From the NCBI GenBank assembly GCA_024408075.1, contig JAKSVK010000001.1:17273-81272 (forward strand): a stretch of DNA of 64,000 nt, given 5' to 3'. The notes below the pieces were generated by a model that had not been told where the DNA came from, made no database searches, and saw only the letters and a list, made by a program, of their open reading frames with translations. Positions 47,292 through 58,833 of the stretch are shown piece after piece (the first letter of the stretch is position 1; the number at the start of each line of letters is the position of its first letter). The stretch comes from Bacilli bacterium (GTDB taxonomy: Bacteria > Bacillota_I > Bacilli_A > RFN20 > CAG-826). A program made the translations under genes and the position numbers.

Positions 47292-47456
47292 CTATTTCTT
47301 CTTTTCACGATGAAGTGTCTTTTTCTTACAACGTGGGCAATATTTATTTTTTTCTAAACGTTCTGTATTTTTCTTTTTATTTTTAGAAGTTAAGTAGTTT
47401 TCTTCCCCACATTCTGTGCACTTCAATGTAATTGATATTCTATCATCCTTTGCCAT
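47292..47456 (-). CDS. rpmG: 50S ribosomal protein L33 (not in ORF track, 54 aa)
   Basis: Minus-strand translation [54 protein letters not shown] with the C4 zinc ribbon CxxC…CxxC; followed by hairpin ATAGGA-ataaa-TCCTAT + U-run on minus strand (47266-47294). Confidence 0.85.
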   Translation of the reverse strand: MAKDDRISITLKCTECGEENYLTSKNKKKNTERLEKNKYCPRCKKKTLHREKKK

Positions 47457-47548
47457 AAGTGTTTTTCTCCTTAAGTTCTTGAATATGTTAGCATGTGAAC
47501 ATAAATAATAAAAGTTTATTTTTATTAAATGTGTTAAAATGTAGCCAA

Positions 47549-48601
47549 ATGAATACTAGAGAACAAACTCGTCCTGTTAAAATTGGTCAATTACAAATAG
47601 GTGGACAAAATAAAGTTGTCATCCAATCTATGTGTAATATTAAAACTGAAAATTACCAGGAAGTTATCAAACAAATTAATGAATGTGCTGCTCTAGGCGC
47701 ATCTATGATGCGTGTATCCGTTATGGATGAAAAAGATGCACGTGCAATTAAAGAAATTAAAAAAGGAATAGCAATTCCATTAGTTGCGGATATTCATTTT
47801 GATTATCGCCTAGCTTTAATTGCAATGGAATCTGGCGTTGATAAAGTTAGAATCAATCCAGGAAACATTGGCGATATAGAAAATGTTAAAAAAGTTGTTT
47901 CTATGGCCAAAGAAAAGCATATTCCAATTAGAATTGGAGTAAATTCTGGCTCATTAGACACCTCAATTCACGATTATTCCACTATTTATACTGCTCAAAA
48001 ATTAGTAGAATCTGCCAAAAAGCATGTTTCTATTCTTGAATCACTTGATTTTCACGACATTGTTATATCTTTAAAAGGAAGTAATGTTCTTGAAACAGTA
48101 GAAGCCTATCGTTTGGCTAGTAAAACATTCCCATATCCACTTCATTTAGGCATTACAGAAGCTGGATTTAAAGATATTTCTTTAATTAGAAGTAGCGCAG
48201 GACTTGCTCCATTACTTCTTGAAGGAATTGGAGATACGATTCGAATTTCAATTTCAGGTGATCCAAAAGATGAAGTCATTGCTGCTAAACGTTTACTTCA
48301 TGATTGTGGATTATATCCAAATTACCCAACTTTAGTTGCATGCCCAACTTGTGGTAGAACTCAAGTTAATGTTGAGGAATTAGCACGTAAAATCATGAAT
48401 TATCTTGAAACTGTTCAAAAACCAATTCATATTGCTGTTATGGGTTGCGTAGTAAACGGACCAGGCGAAGCTAAAAACGCTGATATTGGTATTGCTGGTG
48501 GATGTCATCAATACGTAATATTTAAGAAAGATAAAATATTAAGAAAAGTTTCCGAAAGTGAATCTTTCGAAGCTTTAAAAGAAGAAATTGAGAAATTGTA
48601 A
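47549..48601 (+). CDS. ispG: 4-hydroxy-3-methylbut-2-en-1-yl diphosphate synthase (flavodoxin) IspG/GcpE
   Basis: …[21 protein letters not shown]…, C-terminal CPTCGR 4Fe-4S cysteines; start ambiguous between 47495 and 47549 (47549 aligns to the usual N-terminus). Confidence 0.88.
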   Translation: MNTREQTRPVKIGQLQIGGQNKVVIQSMCNIKTENYQEVIKQINECAALGASMMRVSVMDEKDARAIKEIKKGIAIPLVADIHFDYRLALIAMESGVDKVRINPGNIGDIENVKKVVSMAKEKHIPIRIGVNSGSLDTSIHDYSTIYTAQKLVESAKKHVSILESLDFHDIVISLKGSNVLETVEAYRLASKTFPYPLHLGITEAGFKDISLIRSSAGLAPLLLEGIGDTIRISISGDPKDEVIAAKRLLHDCGLYPNYPTLVACPTCGRTQVNVEELARKIMNYLETVQKPIHIAVMGCVVNGPGEAKNADIGIAGGCHQYVIFKKDKILRKVSESESFEALKEEIEKL

Positions 48602-48609
48602 ATAATTTA

Positions 48610-49488
48610 TTATTTACGCCAATCTTCGAATTTATTATTTCTAAACATTGAAATCTCCTGTTTATAAGGAGGTTTTTCATTTACATAAGGTGTTTCTAAG
48701 ACCTTAGGAATGCCATTAAGTAAAGGATGATGGACAATTTTATTTAATGTATCAAATCCAATAAAACCATATCCAATATTTTCGTGTCTATCTTTATGTG
48801 CACCACGCTCATTTTTGCTATCGTTAATATGGACACAAAGAAGTCTATCTAATCCAATAATTTGATCAAATTCTTTTAAAACGTGGTCAAAATCTTTGAT
48901 ATCGTATCCTGCATCAGAAATATGACATGTATCCATACATACACCAAGGCGATCTTTGTGTTTACAGTTATCAATAATCATTTTAACTTCTTCAAAATTG
49001 ATACCTATTTCATTGCCTTTACCTGACATTGTTTCAAGTGCGATTTTGACATTTGTTCCGTCACACTCAAAAACTGTATCTAATGCTTTAGCTAAAGCTA
49101 ATATTCCGTTTTTATTACCTAATCCAACGTGGCTTCCTGGATGAAGAACCATAACTTTACAACCAAAAGCAGCAGTTCTTCTAAGTTCGCTAACGATTAA
49201 GTTAATAGCTAAATCATATATTTCTAAATTTCCATAATTAGCAGCATTAATTAAATATGGAGCATGAACTATAATTTTGTCTTCATTTATTCCATTTGCT
49301 TTTAATAAAGCTCTTCCTTCTGCAATTTTTAATTGATTTAATGGCTTTCTAAATGAATTTTGAGGAGCACCAGTATAAAACATAAATGTATTTGCACCAT
49401 AGCTTAATGCTTCTTTTACACTGCCTAAATAAAAGTCTGGACCAGACATTCCAACATGACTGCCAATATATAATTCTTCGTTTTCCAT
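48610..49488 (-). CDS. nfo: Endonuclease IV
   Basis: TIM-barrel AP endonuclease motifs [10 protein letters not shown], …[10 protein letters not shown]…, …HINDS…. Confidence 0.9.
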   Translation of the reverse strand: MENEELYIGSHVGMSGPDFYLGSVKEALSYGANTFMFYTGAPQNSFRKPLNQLKIAEGRALLKANGINEDKIIVHAPYLINAANYGNLEIYDLAINLIVSELRRTAAFGCKVMVLHPGSHVGLGNKNGILALAKALDTVFECDGTNVKIALETMSGKGNEIGINFEEVKMIIDNCKHKDRLGVCMDTCHISDAGYDIKDFDHVLKEFDQIIGLDRLLCVHINDSKNERGAHKDRHENIGYGFIGFDTLNKIVHHPLLNGIPKVLETPYVNEKPPYKQEISMFRNNKFEDWRK

Positions 49489-49524
49489 TTTTTAATGCCT
49501 CTTTAATATGCTACCATATTTTAT

Positions 49525-50394
49525 ATGAAAGTCGAATTGATTAAACCACAAGGTTATTGTGCTGGAGTAATGAATGCTATAAAAATAGCAGGTCAAGCTA
49601 AGAAAGAACATCCTAATAAGGACATCTTTGTTATTGGCATGCTTGTCCATAATGAACAAGTTGTTAAAGAATTAGATGAACAAGGTATTAAAACAATTAA
49701 TCTTGATAAAGACGGCAATCTTTCTAGCACTCTTAAAAAAGGAGATGTAGTTATTTTTAGCGCTCATGGACATGATGAAAAACTAGATGAACAAGCTAAA
49801 AATAAGTCGTTAATCATTTATGATTGTACTTGTCCTATTGTTCGATTGAATCTACAAAAAATCAATGATGAAGTAAAACGTAATCATCAAATAATTTATA
49901 TAGGACAAAAGGGACATAGAGAAACAGAAGCAGCACTTTCATTATCAAAAAATATTGCACTATATGACATAAATTCAGGGCTAGATTTTTCTTTAATAAA
50001 AGATGCCTCTCCACTAGTTATTAATCAAACAACATTGAACTTTATTTCTTTGAAAGAAATTCATCAAGAAATTAAACAAGTTCTTCCTCAATCAAGAATT
50101 GAAGATGAAATATGTAATGCCACAAGACAAAGACAAGAAGCAATTTTAAAAATTGAAAATGATACTGATTTAATCATTGTTGTTGGTGATAAAAAGAGTT
50201 CAAATTGCAATAAACTATATGATATTGCTAAAACAAAATTTTTAAATGCTTCTGTTTATTTAATTGGAAATATTGACGAATTAAAACAAATTGATTTAAC
50301 AAATAAGAAAAAAGCCGCCGTATCTAGCGGGGCTTCTACTCCAATTTCTATTGTAAACGAAATATATTATTATTTACTGAATTACCAAAGGTAA
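49525..50394 (+). CDS. ispH: 4-hydroxy-3-methylbut-2-enyl diphosphate reductase IspH/LytB
   Basis: N-terminal …PQGYCAGVMNAI…, conserved Cys in each of three repeats; 289 aa. Confidence 0.9.
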   Translation: MKVELIKPQGYCAGVMNAIKIAGQAKKEHPNKDIFVIGMLVHNEQVVKELDEQGIKTINLDKDGNLSSTLKKGDVVIFSAHGHDEKLDEQAKNKSLIIYDCTCPIVRLNLQKINDEVKRNHQIIYIGQKGHRETEAALSLSKNIALYDINSGLDFSLIKDASPLVINQTTLNFISLKEIHQEIKQVLPQSRIEDEICNATRQRQEAILKIENDTDLIIVVGDKKSSNCNKLYDIAKTKFLNASVYLIGNIDELKQIDLTNKKKAAVSSGASTPISIVNEIYYYLLNYQR

Positions 50395-51144
50395 TTTTTC
50401 GTGATCTATACAAACAATATCTAATGAAGGATCCAACTCAAGAAGGATCTTTTTCATTGTTGGAATAAAGATTTTTTCTATTTCATGAGGCATATCTAAA
50501 TAATTAAATTTGCGGTTCATGATATCTCTTCTTACGTAATGTGGAGCATCTCCAGAAATGTATAAATCACAGCCTAAATCTTGAGCCATGGTCCATTGTC
50601 TAGAACCTCCACCACCAATAATACCGATTTTTTTAATCATTTTTGGTCCACCATTTACAAGCAATGAATAATCGACGTTAAATGATTTAACTGCTAATTT
50701 AGCTACTTCATTGATATCCATTGGTTTTTCAAGTTCACCAACCCTCATCATGATAATGTTTTCAGGAATTGTGATGTTTTTAAGACCAAGAGCATTAGCT
50801 AAAGCATCATTCATTCCACCTTTTCCAGTATCAAAATTGGTGTGAAGTGAATAAACAGGAACATTAATTTTTGCTAATTTTTCAACAAGTGCTCTTCTAT
50901 ATGGATCATGTTTTAAAACATATCCTTTTGTCCCATATATGAATGGGTGATGTGAGATAACAATGTCAGGCTTTTCTTTTTCGATTGTTGGAAATAAAAT
51001 TTCGTCGCAATCAAGACAAAGTAATACTTTATGAATTTCATTAGGAAGTTTTCCAGTCATTAAACCAACATAATCATGATTCATTTTTGCATATTTTTTA
51101 GGAAACATTTTCCCAAATTTTGTAACCATTAATTTTGTGTTCAT
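50374..51144 (-). CDS. Nif3-family dinuclear metal-centre protein (YqfO)
   Basis: …HHPFIY…, …IGIIGGGGS… Nif3 signature; operon with trmK-sigA as in Bacillus yqfN-yqfO. Confidence 0.8.
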   Translation of the reverse strand: MNTKLMVTKFGKMFPKKYAKMNHDYVGLMTGKLPNEIHKVLLCLDCDEILFPTIEKEKPDIVISHHPFIYGTKGYVLKHDPYRRALVEKLAKINVPVYSLHTNFDTGKGGMNDALANALGLKNITIPENIIMMRVGELEKPMDINEVAKLAVKSFNVDYSLLVNGGPKMIKKIGIIGGGGSRQWTMAQDLGCDLYISGDAPHYVRRDIMNRKFNYLDMPHEIEKIFIPTMKKILLELDPSLDIVCIDHEKLPLVIQ

Positions 51145-51800
51145 AATACTTGTCTAATCCTTTCTTTTTCATCGTTTAATTGATGCTTTTTAGCATTAGG
51201 AATATTTGAGTTTGATAGTAAATTATCAATTTGATTAATCCTACTTTGATATTTTTTAGTAAATTCGCAAGATTTCTCTTTTCTTAAAAATGGGCCAAAT
51301 TCAAGATCTGGTTCATCTAAATATGCAGTGTTTCCTGCGTTAAATTTAATAATTTCATAATAAATCTCATCTTCATAAACCATATCTTCATCAGCGATAA
51401 CAAACCCTAATTGGCAAATCTCTTTTCTAAGATATGGAATTGCGTTATGAGCATCAACGATGATGCTTTTAATGTTCTTTAATTTAGCTCTATGAGATTT
51501 AAGAATATCCACTACATTATTTCCACCCATTCCGGCAATAACTAAAACATCTACATCGCTTGGTAGCTCGCTTATTCCATCGGAAAACATACATGTTATT
51601 TTGTCTTGTAAATTATGGTTTTTAATTTCTTTTTCTAAACGTGAAAATGGTCCTTTTTTATTTTCAATAGCATAACCTTTTGTTATGATGCCATCTTCAA
51701 AAAGAGAAATAATAAGCTTTCCGTGGTCACTACCAACGTCTGCTACTACTCCTTTAGGAGTCATATCCAAAATTGCTTGTAAACGTTTTGATAATTTCAT
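51141..51800 (-). CDS. trmK: tRNA (adenine22-N1)-methyltransferase TrmK (YqfN)
   Basis: …VADVGSDHGKL…, …VIAGMGG… class I MTase motifs. Confidence 0.8.
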   Translation of the reverse strand: MKLSKRLQAILDMTPKGVVADVGSDHGKLIISLFEDGIITKGYAIENKKGPFSRLEKEIKNHNLQDKITCMFSDGISELPSDVDVLVIAGMGGNNVVDILKSHRAKLKNIKSIIVDAHNAIPYLRKEICQLGFVIADEDMVYEDEIYYEIIKFNAGNTAYLDEPDLEFGPFLRKEKSCEFTKKYQSRINQIDNLLSNSNIPNAKKHQLNDEKERIRQVL

Positions 51801-53083
51801 TAGTCTAATGTACGGTAATCTCCGAGTTTTTTACGTCTTGTTGGATGCTTTAATTTTTTGATTGCTTTAGCTTCAATTTGACGAATTCTTTCTCTTGTAA
51901 CTCCAAATTCTTTTCCAACTTCTTCAAGAGTTCTTGGACGATTATCATCTAATCCATATCTAAGTCTAAGTACTCTTTCTTCACGATCAGTTAAGTCTTT
52001 TAAGACATTATCTAATTCTTCTTTAAGAAGTTCTTTTGTAGTGAAATCAACAGGTGATTCATTTTCTTTATCTTCTAAGAAATCTCCTAAATGTGAATCA
52101 TCTTCTTCACCGATTGGAGTTTCTAAAGAAACTGGTTCAAGAGCAATACGTTGAATTTCTCTAATTCTTTTTGGTGTTAAATCACCATTCATTTCTTGAG
52201 AAATTTCTTCTGCAGTTGGGTCTCTTCCAAGTTCTTGGACAAGTTTACGTTGAGCTCTTGTCATTTTGTTAATGGTTTCAACCATATGAACCGGAATACG
52301 AATTGTTCTGGCTTGATCAGCGATAGCTCTTGTAATAGCTTGTCTAATCCACCAGGTTGCATATGTAGAAAATTTAAATCCTTTTTTGTAATCGAATTTT
52401 TCAACAGCTTTCATTAAACCAAGGTTTCCTTCTTGGATTAAGTCAAGGAAAGCCATTCCTCTTCCAACATAGTGTTTTGCAATATTAACAACAAGTCTGA
52501 GGTTTGCATTAATAAGTCTTTGTTTAGCCTCATCATCGCCATTTTTAATTTTTTCAGCAAGAATTGGTTCATCTTCAGGCTTTAATAAGTCAAATTTACC
52601 AATTTCTTTAAGATACATCTTAACTGAGTCATTAACTTTAACTTCACCAGTAATAGCTGCATCAAAGTGTTCGATATCAAAGTCTAATTCTTCTGATTCA
52701 CCCTCACTATTTTCTTCATAGAAGTCATCGTCATCAGGCTCTTCCATCATCTTGCTTTCATCAAAATCAGCATCGTCGATTTCGTCTTCTTCCTCTTCAC
52801 CATCTTCGGTTAAGACTTCGATATTTTGATTTTTGAAATATTCAATTAAATCATCGATAACATCATCTTCGATTTCATATTGATTTAAAGCATCATAGAT
52901 GTCGCTTTGATCAAGTGAATCACTATTTGCTTTAGCTTTTTTAAGAAGTTTTGCTTCAATTTCAGCTAAAGTAGCTAAAGTTTCATTGTCTCTTTTCTTT
53001 TGTTTTTTAGGAGCCGCTTTTTTAACTTTAGTTTTAGTTTCTTTTGGTGCTTTAGCACTATTTTGTTTCTTCTCTTTTCCCAT
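51800..53083 (-). CDS. sigA: RNA polymerase primary sigma factor SigA/RpoD
   Basis: Regions 1.2-4.2 incl. …[18 protein letters not shown]… and …[20 protein letters not shown]…; basic/acidic N-terminal extension. Confidence 0.95.
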   Translation of the reverse strand: MGKEKKQNSAKAPKETKTKVKKAAPKKQKKRDNETLATLAEIEAKLLKKAKANSDSLDQSDIYDALNQYEIEDDVIDDLIEYFKNQNIEVLTEDGEEEEDEIDDADFDESKMMEEPDDDDFYEENSEGESEELDFDIEHFDAAITGEVKVNDSVKMYLKEIGKFDLLKPEDEPILAEKIKNGDDEAKQRLINANLRLVVNIAKHYVGRGMAFLDLIQEGNLGLMKAVEKFDYKKGFKFSTYATWWIRQAITRAIADQARTIRIPVHMVETINKMTRAQRKLVQELGRDPTAEEISQEMNGDLTPKRIREIQRIALEPVSLETPIGEEDDSHLGDFLEDKENESPVDFTTKELLKEELDNVLKDLTDREERVLRLRYGLDDNRPRTLEEVGKEFGVTRERIRQIEAKAIKKLKHPTRRKKLGDYRTLD

Positions 53084-53098
53084 ATCGTATCCCTCCGA

Positions 53099-54895
53099 TT
53101 ATTTTTTAAGAGTTTTCATTTTATTAAACTCGGCAATTATTCGTGCCTGTTCTAATTCATCTTTGTTTTCCAGAGATTCATGAAGCATATCTTCTTCACT
53201 AATCCTCGATTTTTCATCCTGCATTGTTTCAAGTAAGTTATTTAACAGTTCATCATTACATTTTTTGCAGTGATAATTCTCATCAACTATTCGAGTCAAA
53301 TCTTCAATTATTGCATCTTTATCTTTCACATCGCTTTGTTCAATAAATGAGATAAGTCCATTAAGTTCAATCGAATTATATTGTTTATGATATTCAATTA
53401 AATAATTAGCAATTTGACGATACATATCATCATAGAAGCTTCCAACGTTTCTTTCAAAGAAAGAAAGAGCTGCATCATTTCCAAGCATTTGATATAACAT
53501 TTCTCTTTCAGCAAGGCATAGTTTTTGCATTAATTTTCTTTCTGGATGGAAGTCTCTTAATGCTTTAGCAACATTAGCAGCATCGTTTTGCACTAATCTA
53601 TTTTTATTTACGTATGTACGTATTGTTTCACGATCAAATCCAGTTATTTTTTCTAATTTTAATAAATAATTGTCTAATTCAATTTGAGAATTAATTTTTG
53701 AAAGTATAGGTAAGAATTCTTTAAGCAAATTCTTTTTTTGCTCAATGGTTTTAAGCGGATTTGATTGAGTGTAGTAATTTAAAGCAAAATCAAATCGATT
53801 TAAAAACTTTGAAAGATATTCTTTTAAAGCTTCTTCTCCACTTTCGCTTAAAATTTCATCAGGATCTCTGGTGCTATTTTGGTTATCAATAACAACAAAT
53901 TTTAATCCAGCTTTAGCAAGTTCATTAGAAATTTTCATCATCGCACTTTGTCCTGGTAAATCACCATCTAGACAAAGTCTAACTTCAACGTTAAGAGATC
54001 TAAGTAGTTGAATATGCTCTTTTGTAAGTGCAGTACCCATAATTGCGACAGCTGCATCAATTCCTATTTTAGAAAGAGCAAAAATGTCCATGAATCCTTC
54101 ACAAACATAAATATAGCCTTTTAGTTTTGCTGCATCTTTTGCAATATGGAAATTATAAAGATTATTAGTTTTATGGAATAAGTAAGTTTCTGGAGTATTA
54201 ACATATTTCATTCCGTTTTCACTTTTAGCTTGTAAAATACGGGCAGAAAAGCCGATAACATTACCTTCAGGATCACAAATTGGGAATACAACTCTTCCTT
54301 CATTCATATCAGCATAATTGCCAACAGAAATCATTTTTGCGATACCGCTATCTTCGATAGTTTTGATTGAATGTCCCTTTTTAAGTAAGAAATCAATTGT
54401 TGCTTTTCCATCTTTAAAAGCATATCCGAGCTTATATTTACTTCTAATATCACTATCAAGATGACGTGATTCAAAATATTCTAAGCCTTCTTTTCCTTCA
54501 GGAGTATTTAATGCGAATTGATAATAAAGAGATAAATCATGTAAACACTTAATAATTGCGTTTTGCTTTTCATCAACCGGTTTACTTTTAACAACAGAAT
54601 CTAAGCCTTCAGGATGATATCCAGAAATTTCTGCTACTTTTTTAACAGCTTCCATAAAGGAAACGTGTTCATATTGTTTAACAAATGAGATTGCATTACC
54701 ACCAGTTCCGCAAACAAAGCATTTGAAAAGCTGCTTTTCTGGTGAGACAACCATTGATGGGTTTGTGTCATCATGAAAAGGACATATTGCGACATAGTTT
54801 TTGCCTTTTTTTGTCAAAGTAAGGTAGTTTTGAACAACTTTTACTATATCAGCATGCTTAATTACTTCATTTACTAACTGATTTGTATCTACCAT
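53099..54895 (-). CDS. dnaG: DNA primase DnaG
   Basis: Zn-ribbon CPFHDDTNPS…CFVCG, TOPRIM …VCEGFMD…, C-terminal helicase-interaction domain. Confidence 0.95.
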   Translation of the reverse strand: MVDTNQLVNEVIKHADIVKVVQNYLTLTKKGKNYVAICPFHDDTNPSMVVSPEKQLFKCFVCGTGGNAISFVKQYEHVSFMEAVKKVAEISGYHPEGLDSVVKSKPVDEKQNAIIKCLHDLSLYYQFALNTPEGKEGLEYFESRHLDSDIRSKYKLGYAFKDGKATIDFLLKKGHSIKTIEDSGIAKMISVGNYADMNEGRVVFPICDPEGNVIGFSARILQAKSENGMKYVNTPETYLFHKTNNLYNFHIAKDAAKLKGYIYVCEGFMDIFALSKIGIDAAVAIMGTALTKEHIQLLRSLNVEVRLCLDGDLPGQSAMMKISNELAKAGLKFVVIDNQNSTRDPDEILSESGEEALKEYLSKFLNRFDFALNYYTQSNPLKTIEQKKNLLKEFLPILSKINSQIELDNYLLKLEKITGFDRETIRTYVNKNRLVQNDAANVAKALRDFHPERKLMQKLCLAEREMLYQMLGNDAALSFFERNVGSFYDDMYRQIANYLIEYHKQYNSIELNGLISFIEQSDVKDKDAIIEDLTRIVDENYHCKKCNDELLNNLLETMQDEKSRISEEDMLHESLENKDELEQARIIAEFNKMKTLKK

Positions 54896-54898
54896 ATT

Positions 54899-56272
54899 TT
54901 AATAAAATATTTTCTCTGATAAGTATTTCACCAAATCACTAATTGGCATTCTTACTTGTTGCATTGTATCTCTATCTCTAACAGTAACTTGATTGTCATC
55001 AAGAGTGTCAAAGTCGATTGTAATACAATAAGGTGTACCAATTTGATCTGCTCTTCTATAACGTTTTCCAATACTACCAGTATCATCGTATTGAACTGGC
55101 ATATATTTATTTAATAAATTAACTACTTCAGTAGCTTTTTCTTCTAGTTTTTTGCTTAATGGGAATATAGCTGCTTTTATTGGAGCAACAGCTGGAGTTA
55201 AGTGCATAACGATACGAATATCGTTTTCTCCAAGTTCTTCCTCGTCATAAGCATTACATAATGTCATTAAAACTAATCTATCAAGTCCAACTGAAGGTTC
55301 TATACAGTAAGGAACATATTTTTCATTAGTTTCTGGATCAAGATATTCAAGAGATTCACCACTATATTGCATATGGCGTTTTAAATCGTAATCTGTACGA
55401 TCAGCAATTCCCCAAACTTCGCCCCATCCAAATGGGAATAAGAATTCAATATCGGTTGTAGCTTTAGAATAAAATGCTAATTCTTCTGGATCGTGATCAC
55501 GATATCTTAAATTTTCTTGATTAATTCCTAAGGAATTGACGAATTTTAAGCATTCATCTTTCCAATAAGCGAACCATTTAAGGTCTTCTCCTGGTTTGCA
55601 GAAGAATTCCATTTCCATTTGATCAAATTCTCTAGTCCGAAATGTCATTTGACCAGGAGTAATTTCATTTCTAAAAGCTTTACCTGTATTACAAATACCA
55701 ATAGGTAATTTTCTTCTTGTTGTTCTTACGACATTTTTAAAGTTAACAAATACGCCTTGTGCTGTTTCAGGTCTTAGATAAACTGTAGATTTGCTATCTT
55801 CTGTTACACCAACATGAGTCTTAAACATCATATTAAATTGTCTAATGTCAGTAAAATTCTCACTTCCACAATTAGGGCAGCAAATATGATTTTCTTTGAT
55901 GTAATCAACCATCTGTTCATTAGTCATTGATGTAACTGGAGCATCTGGTTTAGCTTGTTCAATTAATTGATCAGCTCTAAAACGTTGCTTACATTTTTTG
56001 CAATCAATTAAAGGATCATTAAAAGTTTGAACGTGTCCAGTAGCTTCCCAAACACGTGGGTTCATTAAAATTGCGGCATCAATACCAACATTAGTTGGAC
56101 TTTCTTGAACGAATTTCTTCCACCACATTTTTCTAATGTTGTTTTTAATTTCGCTACCAAGTGGTCCATAATCCCAAGTATTGGATAATCCACCATAAAT
56201 TTCACTGCCTTGGAAATAGTATCCAGAAGCAATAAAATGACTACATAATTTATCAAATGTATATTTACTCAT
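54899..56272 (-). CDS. glyQS: Glycyl-tRNA synthetase, single-chain class II (α2 type)
   Basis: …[14 protein letters not shown]…, motif 2/3 of eukaryote-like GlyRS, anticodon domain; 457 aa; no separate glyQ/glyS. Confidence 0.9.
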   Translation of the reverse strand: MSKYTFDKLCSHFIASGYYFQGSEIYGGLSNTWDYGPLGSEIKNNIRKMWWKKFVQESPTNVGIDAAILMNPRVWEATGHVQTFNDPLIDCKKCKQRFRADQLIEQAKPDAPVTSMTNEQMVDYIKENHICCPNCGSENFTDIRQFNMMFKTHVGVTEDSKSTVYLRPETAQGVFVNFKNVVRTTRRKLPIGICNTGKAFRNEITPGQMTFRTREFDQMEMEFFCKPGEDLKWFAYWKDECLKFVNSLGINQENLRYRDHDPEELAFYSKATTDIEFLFPFGWGEVWGIADRTDYDLKRHMQYSGESLEYLDPETNEKYVPYCIEPSVGLDRLVLMTLCNAYDEEELGENDIRIVMHLTPAVAPIKAAIFPLSKKLEEKATEVVNLLNKYMPVQYDDTGSIGKRYRRADQIGTPYCITIDFDTLDDNQVTVRDRDTMQQVRMPISDLVKYLSEKIFY

Positions 56273-56299
56273 AATAAATATAACCTCCAGCGAGCAATG

Positions 56300-56335
56300 A
56301 AAAGAATATAATGAAACAGTGTTGTTGTCAACCCA
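56300..56335 (-). promoter_or_regulatory. Internal sigma-A-type promoter upstream of glyQS (TTGACA-N15-TATATT on minus strand, A-rich UP-like region)
   Basis: Perfect -35 hexamer seen in sequence; spacer slightly short. Confidence 0.35.
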
Positions 56336-56351
56336 TTATCAGTGTATTTTT

Positions 56352-57074
56352 TTATAAATTACAAAGTAAAGAGATATTCTCTAATTCGACACCTATTGTA
56401 TCGTTAATAAATTCTTTAAATTTAAGTAATAAGACCACCATGTCATCTTTTGACAAAGCGTCATTGACAGTAAAAGCAAAGTTTGGAGCCAAAAATACTA
56501 CTCTTAATAATTTCATTTGATTAGGAGTTAAATCTTTTTTGGTGTTTTCATCAGCACATTTTCTACAAACTAAACCACCTTCATTAAATGAGAAAGCAAT
56601 AATATCTTCTTTTGCACCACATTTAACGCATTCATTAATTTCTGGTAAAAATCCTGCTATTTTCATCGTTTTAGCAAGAAAAACTAAAGCTAATAAATGA
56701 GGATTTGCATCAACTGTCAGTAGCATATTCGCGAAGCTAATTAAACTAGGATAAAGTTCTGGTCTTTCATCTTCATCAAGCATCTTTATACTAGCTTCAC
56801 TAACAAGTGATAAACAAAGCATTTTATCTAAAGATAAGTCCTTTGATAATGGCGAAGAAATTAATGACGCTCTTTTTAACACAGGATGTTTATAAGTATT
56901 TGGCTCTACGAATTCAACGTCAGCACAAGTTAATGGAGTATTTAACCATTTAAATGGTGACTTTGGATTTCTTAGTCCGCGTACTAAAAAAGACAATTCT
57001 TCGTTTTCACTGATTGCATTTATAATGACATCGTTTTCACGATAATCTGTTTTTGATATGACAATGATTTTCAT
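56352..57074 (-). CDS. recO: DNA repair protein RecO
   Basis: OB N-domain, Zn-finger CVKCG…CRKC; era-recO coupling (ATGA overlap). Confidence 0.8.
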   Translation of the reverse strand: MKIIVISKTDYRENDVIINAISENEELSFLVRGLRNPKSPFKWLNTPLTCADVEFVEPNTYKHPVLKRASLISSPLSKDLSLDKMLCLSLVSEASIKMLDEDERPELYPSLISFANMLLTVDANPHLLALVFLAKTMKIAGFLPEINECVKCGAKEDIIAFSFNEGGLVCRKCADENTKKDLTPNQMKLLRVVFLAPNFAFTVNDALSKDDMVVLLLKFKEFINDTIGVELENISLLCNL

Positions 57075-57961
57075 TAAGATTTTTTGTTCTTATATCCAAG
57101 TTTTGAGAGAACTTCGTCATTGTCTCTCCATGATTGCATGACTTTGACAAAAAGTTCTAGATCAATGTCTTTTTTCAAGACTTTTTTAATTTGATTTTCT
57201 GATTGTTCACGAATAGTTTTGATCCTTTTTCCACCTGCTCCAACTACGATTCCAACGTGTGATTCACGTTCAACAATAATATCAGCAGATGCTTTAATTT
57301 TCTTGTCTAAATCAATAAATTCATTAACTTTAATTGCACAAGCATGTGGAACTTCTTGCTTAAGCAACTTAAGAATTTTCTCACGAATAATTTCTTTAAT
57401 TAAGAATGTTTCGTCTTCGTCCATATATGAATTCGTATCATAATATGCTGGGCCTTCAGGTAATAGTTCAATGACCTTGTTTCTTAGCTCATCAACATTG
57501 AATTTTTCAGTCGCCACAGTTTCAATAAAGATTGCGCTAGGCAAAGCTTTGCTATATTTACTTTTAAGTTTTTCAACTTCAGTAATTCTACACTCGTCAA
57601 TCTTATTTAAGACAATAATTAATGGTTTAGTTTTAATATCAACATGATCGAGTACAAATTGATCACCTTCTCCGAAAGGTTTGGATGCATCAATAACAAG
57701 AATATTTACATCAACATCATGAGCAGTTGAATAAGCCATTTTGTTCATTTCTTCACCTAATTTATAAATTGGGCGATGAACTCCTGGAGTATCAACAAAA
57801 ACAATTTGCACATTTTCACTATTATAAATTCCTTTAATAGCGTTTCTTGTTGTTTGTGCCTTATCGCTAACAATTGATATTTTGTGATTGATTAAGCCAT
57901 TAAGTAATGTAGATTTGCCCACATTAGGCCTACCTAATATAGATACAAAGCCAGATTTCAT
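57074..57961 (-). CDS. era: GTPase Era
   Basis: G1 GRPNVGKST, G3 DTPG, NKID; C-terminal KH domain; 295 aa. Confidence 0.95.
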   Translation of the reverse strand: MKSGFVSILGRPNVGKSTLLNGLINHKISIVSDKAQTTRNAIKGIYNSENVQIVFVDTPGVHRPIYKLGEEMNKMAYSTAHDVDVNILVIDASKPFGEGDQFVLDHVDIKTKPLIIVLNKIDECRITEVEKLKSKYSKALPSAIFIETVATEKFNVDELRNKVIELLPEGPAYYDTNSYMDEDETFLIKEIIREKILKLLKQEVPHACAIKVNEFIDLDKKIKASADIIVERESHVGIVVGAGGKRIKTIREQSENQIKKVLKKDIDLELFVKVMQSWRDNDEVLSKLGYKNKKS

Positions 57962-58362
57962 TATTTTAAGTCATCTTCGCTAAAAGCGAATGGAAGTAAT
58001 TCGTCGATATTAGTTTCTTTAACATCGCCTTTTAAATTACTCATATAAATAGGTGCTTTTTTAGGGAAAAGTTCGCTAATAACTTGTCTGCAAGCACCAC
58101 AAGGTGAACATGGTTCATCAGTATTTGCAGAAAGTGCCATTGCTACCATATCTTGTTTTTTAACACCATGAAGCATCGCATTATAAAGAGCATTTCTTTC
58201 AGCACACATACATAAAGGATAGGAAGAATTTTCAATATTAGCACCAACGAAAACTTGTCCGTCTTTAGTTAATATTGCTGCTCCTACTTTAAAATGTGAA
58301 TAAGGAGAATAAGATAATTCTCTTGCTTCTTTAGCTTTTTCAATAAGTTCTTCTTTGTTCAT
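57961..58362 (-). CDS. cdd: Cytidine deaminase
   Basis: Zn-binding CAER…PCGACRQ motifs; 133 aa. Confidence 0.9.
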   Translation of the reverse strand: MNKEELIEKAKEARELSYSPYSHFKVGAAILTKDGQVFVGANIENSSYPLCMCAERNALYNAMLHGVKKQDMVAMALSANTDEPCSPCGACRQVISELFPKKAPIYMSNLKGDVKETNIDELLPFAFSEDDLK

Positions 58363-58371
58363 AATTTGCTC

Positions 58372-58821
58372 CTATCTAACCGATAAAATCTCTTCTTGTA
58401 ATGGAAACATTATTTCTTCATCTTCTTTTTTCATGTGATCATATCCTAATAAATGTAATAATCCATGAACATAAAGGAATGAAAGCTCTCTTTCAATAGA
58501 ATGTCCATATTCCTTAGCTTGCTCATCAGCTTTTTCAATAGAGATATAAATATCTCCAAGACATACTGTTTGAGTAGAATGAAATACTTTTTCTTTTGAA
58601 TCATCGCCATCCATGAAAGCAAAACTAATTACATCAGTTGGTCGATCAATTTGGCGATATTTTTTATTTATTTTATGGATTTGTTTATTGTTTATTAAGG
58701 ACACTGAAATAATTGGATTAAATGTTAGTTTTAAATGATTTAAAGCAATTTCAGTAAGCTTAATAAACTTTTCTTCATAGTCACTAAAATTAGTGTCGAT
58801 GCTAGTGAAGTCAATTTCCAT
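58372..58821 (-). CDS. ybeY: Endoribonuclease YbeY (16S rRNA 3'-end maturation)
   Basis: HGLLHLLGYDH metal-binding motif; 149 aa. Confidence 0.9.
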   Translation of the reverse strand: MEIDFTSIDTNFSDYEEKFIKLTEIALNHLKLTFNPIISVSLINNKQIHKINKKYRQIDRPTDVISFAFMDGDDSKEKVFHSTQTVCLGDIYISIEKADEQAKEYGHSIERELSFLYVHGLLHLLGYDHMKKEDEEIMFPLQEEILSVR

Positions 58822-58833
58822 AGAAATATGTTA

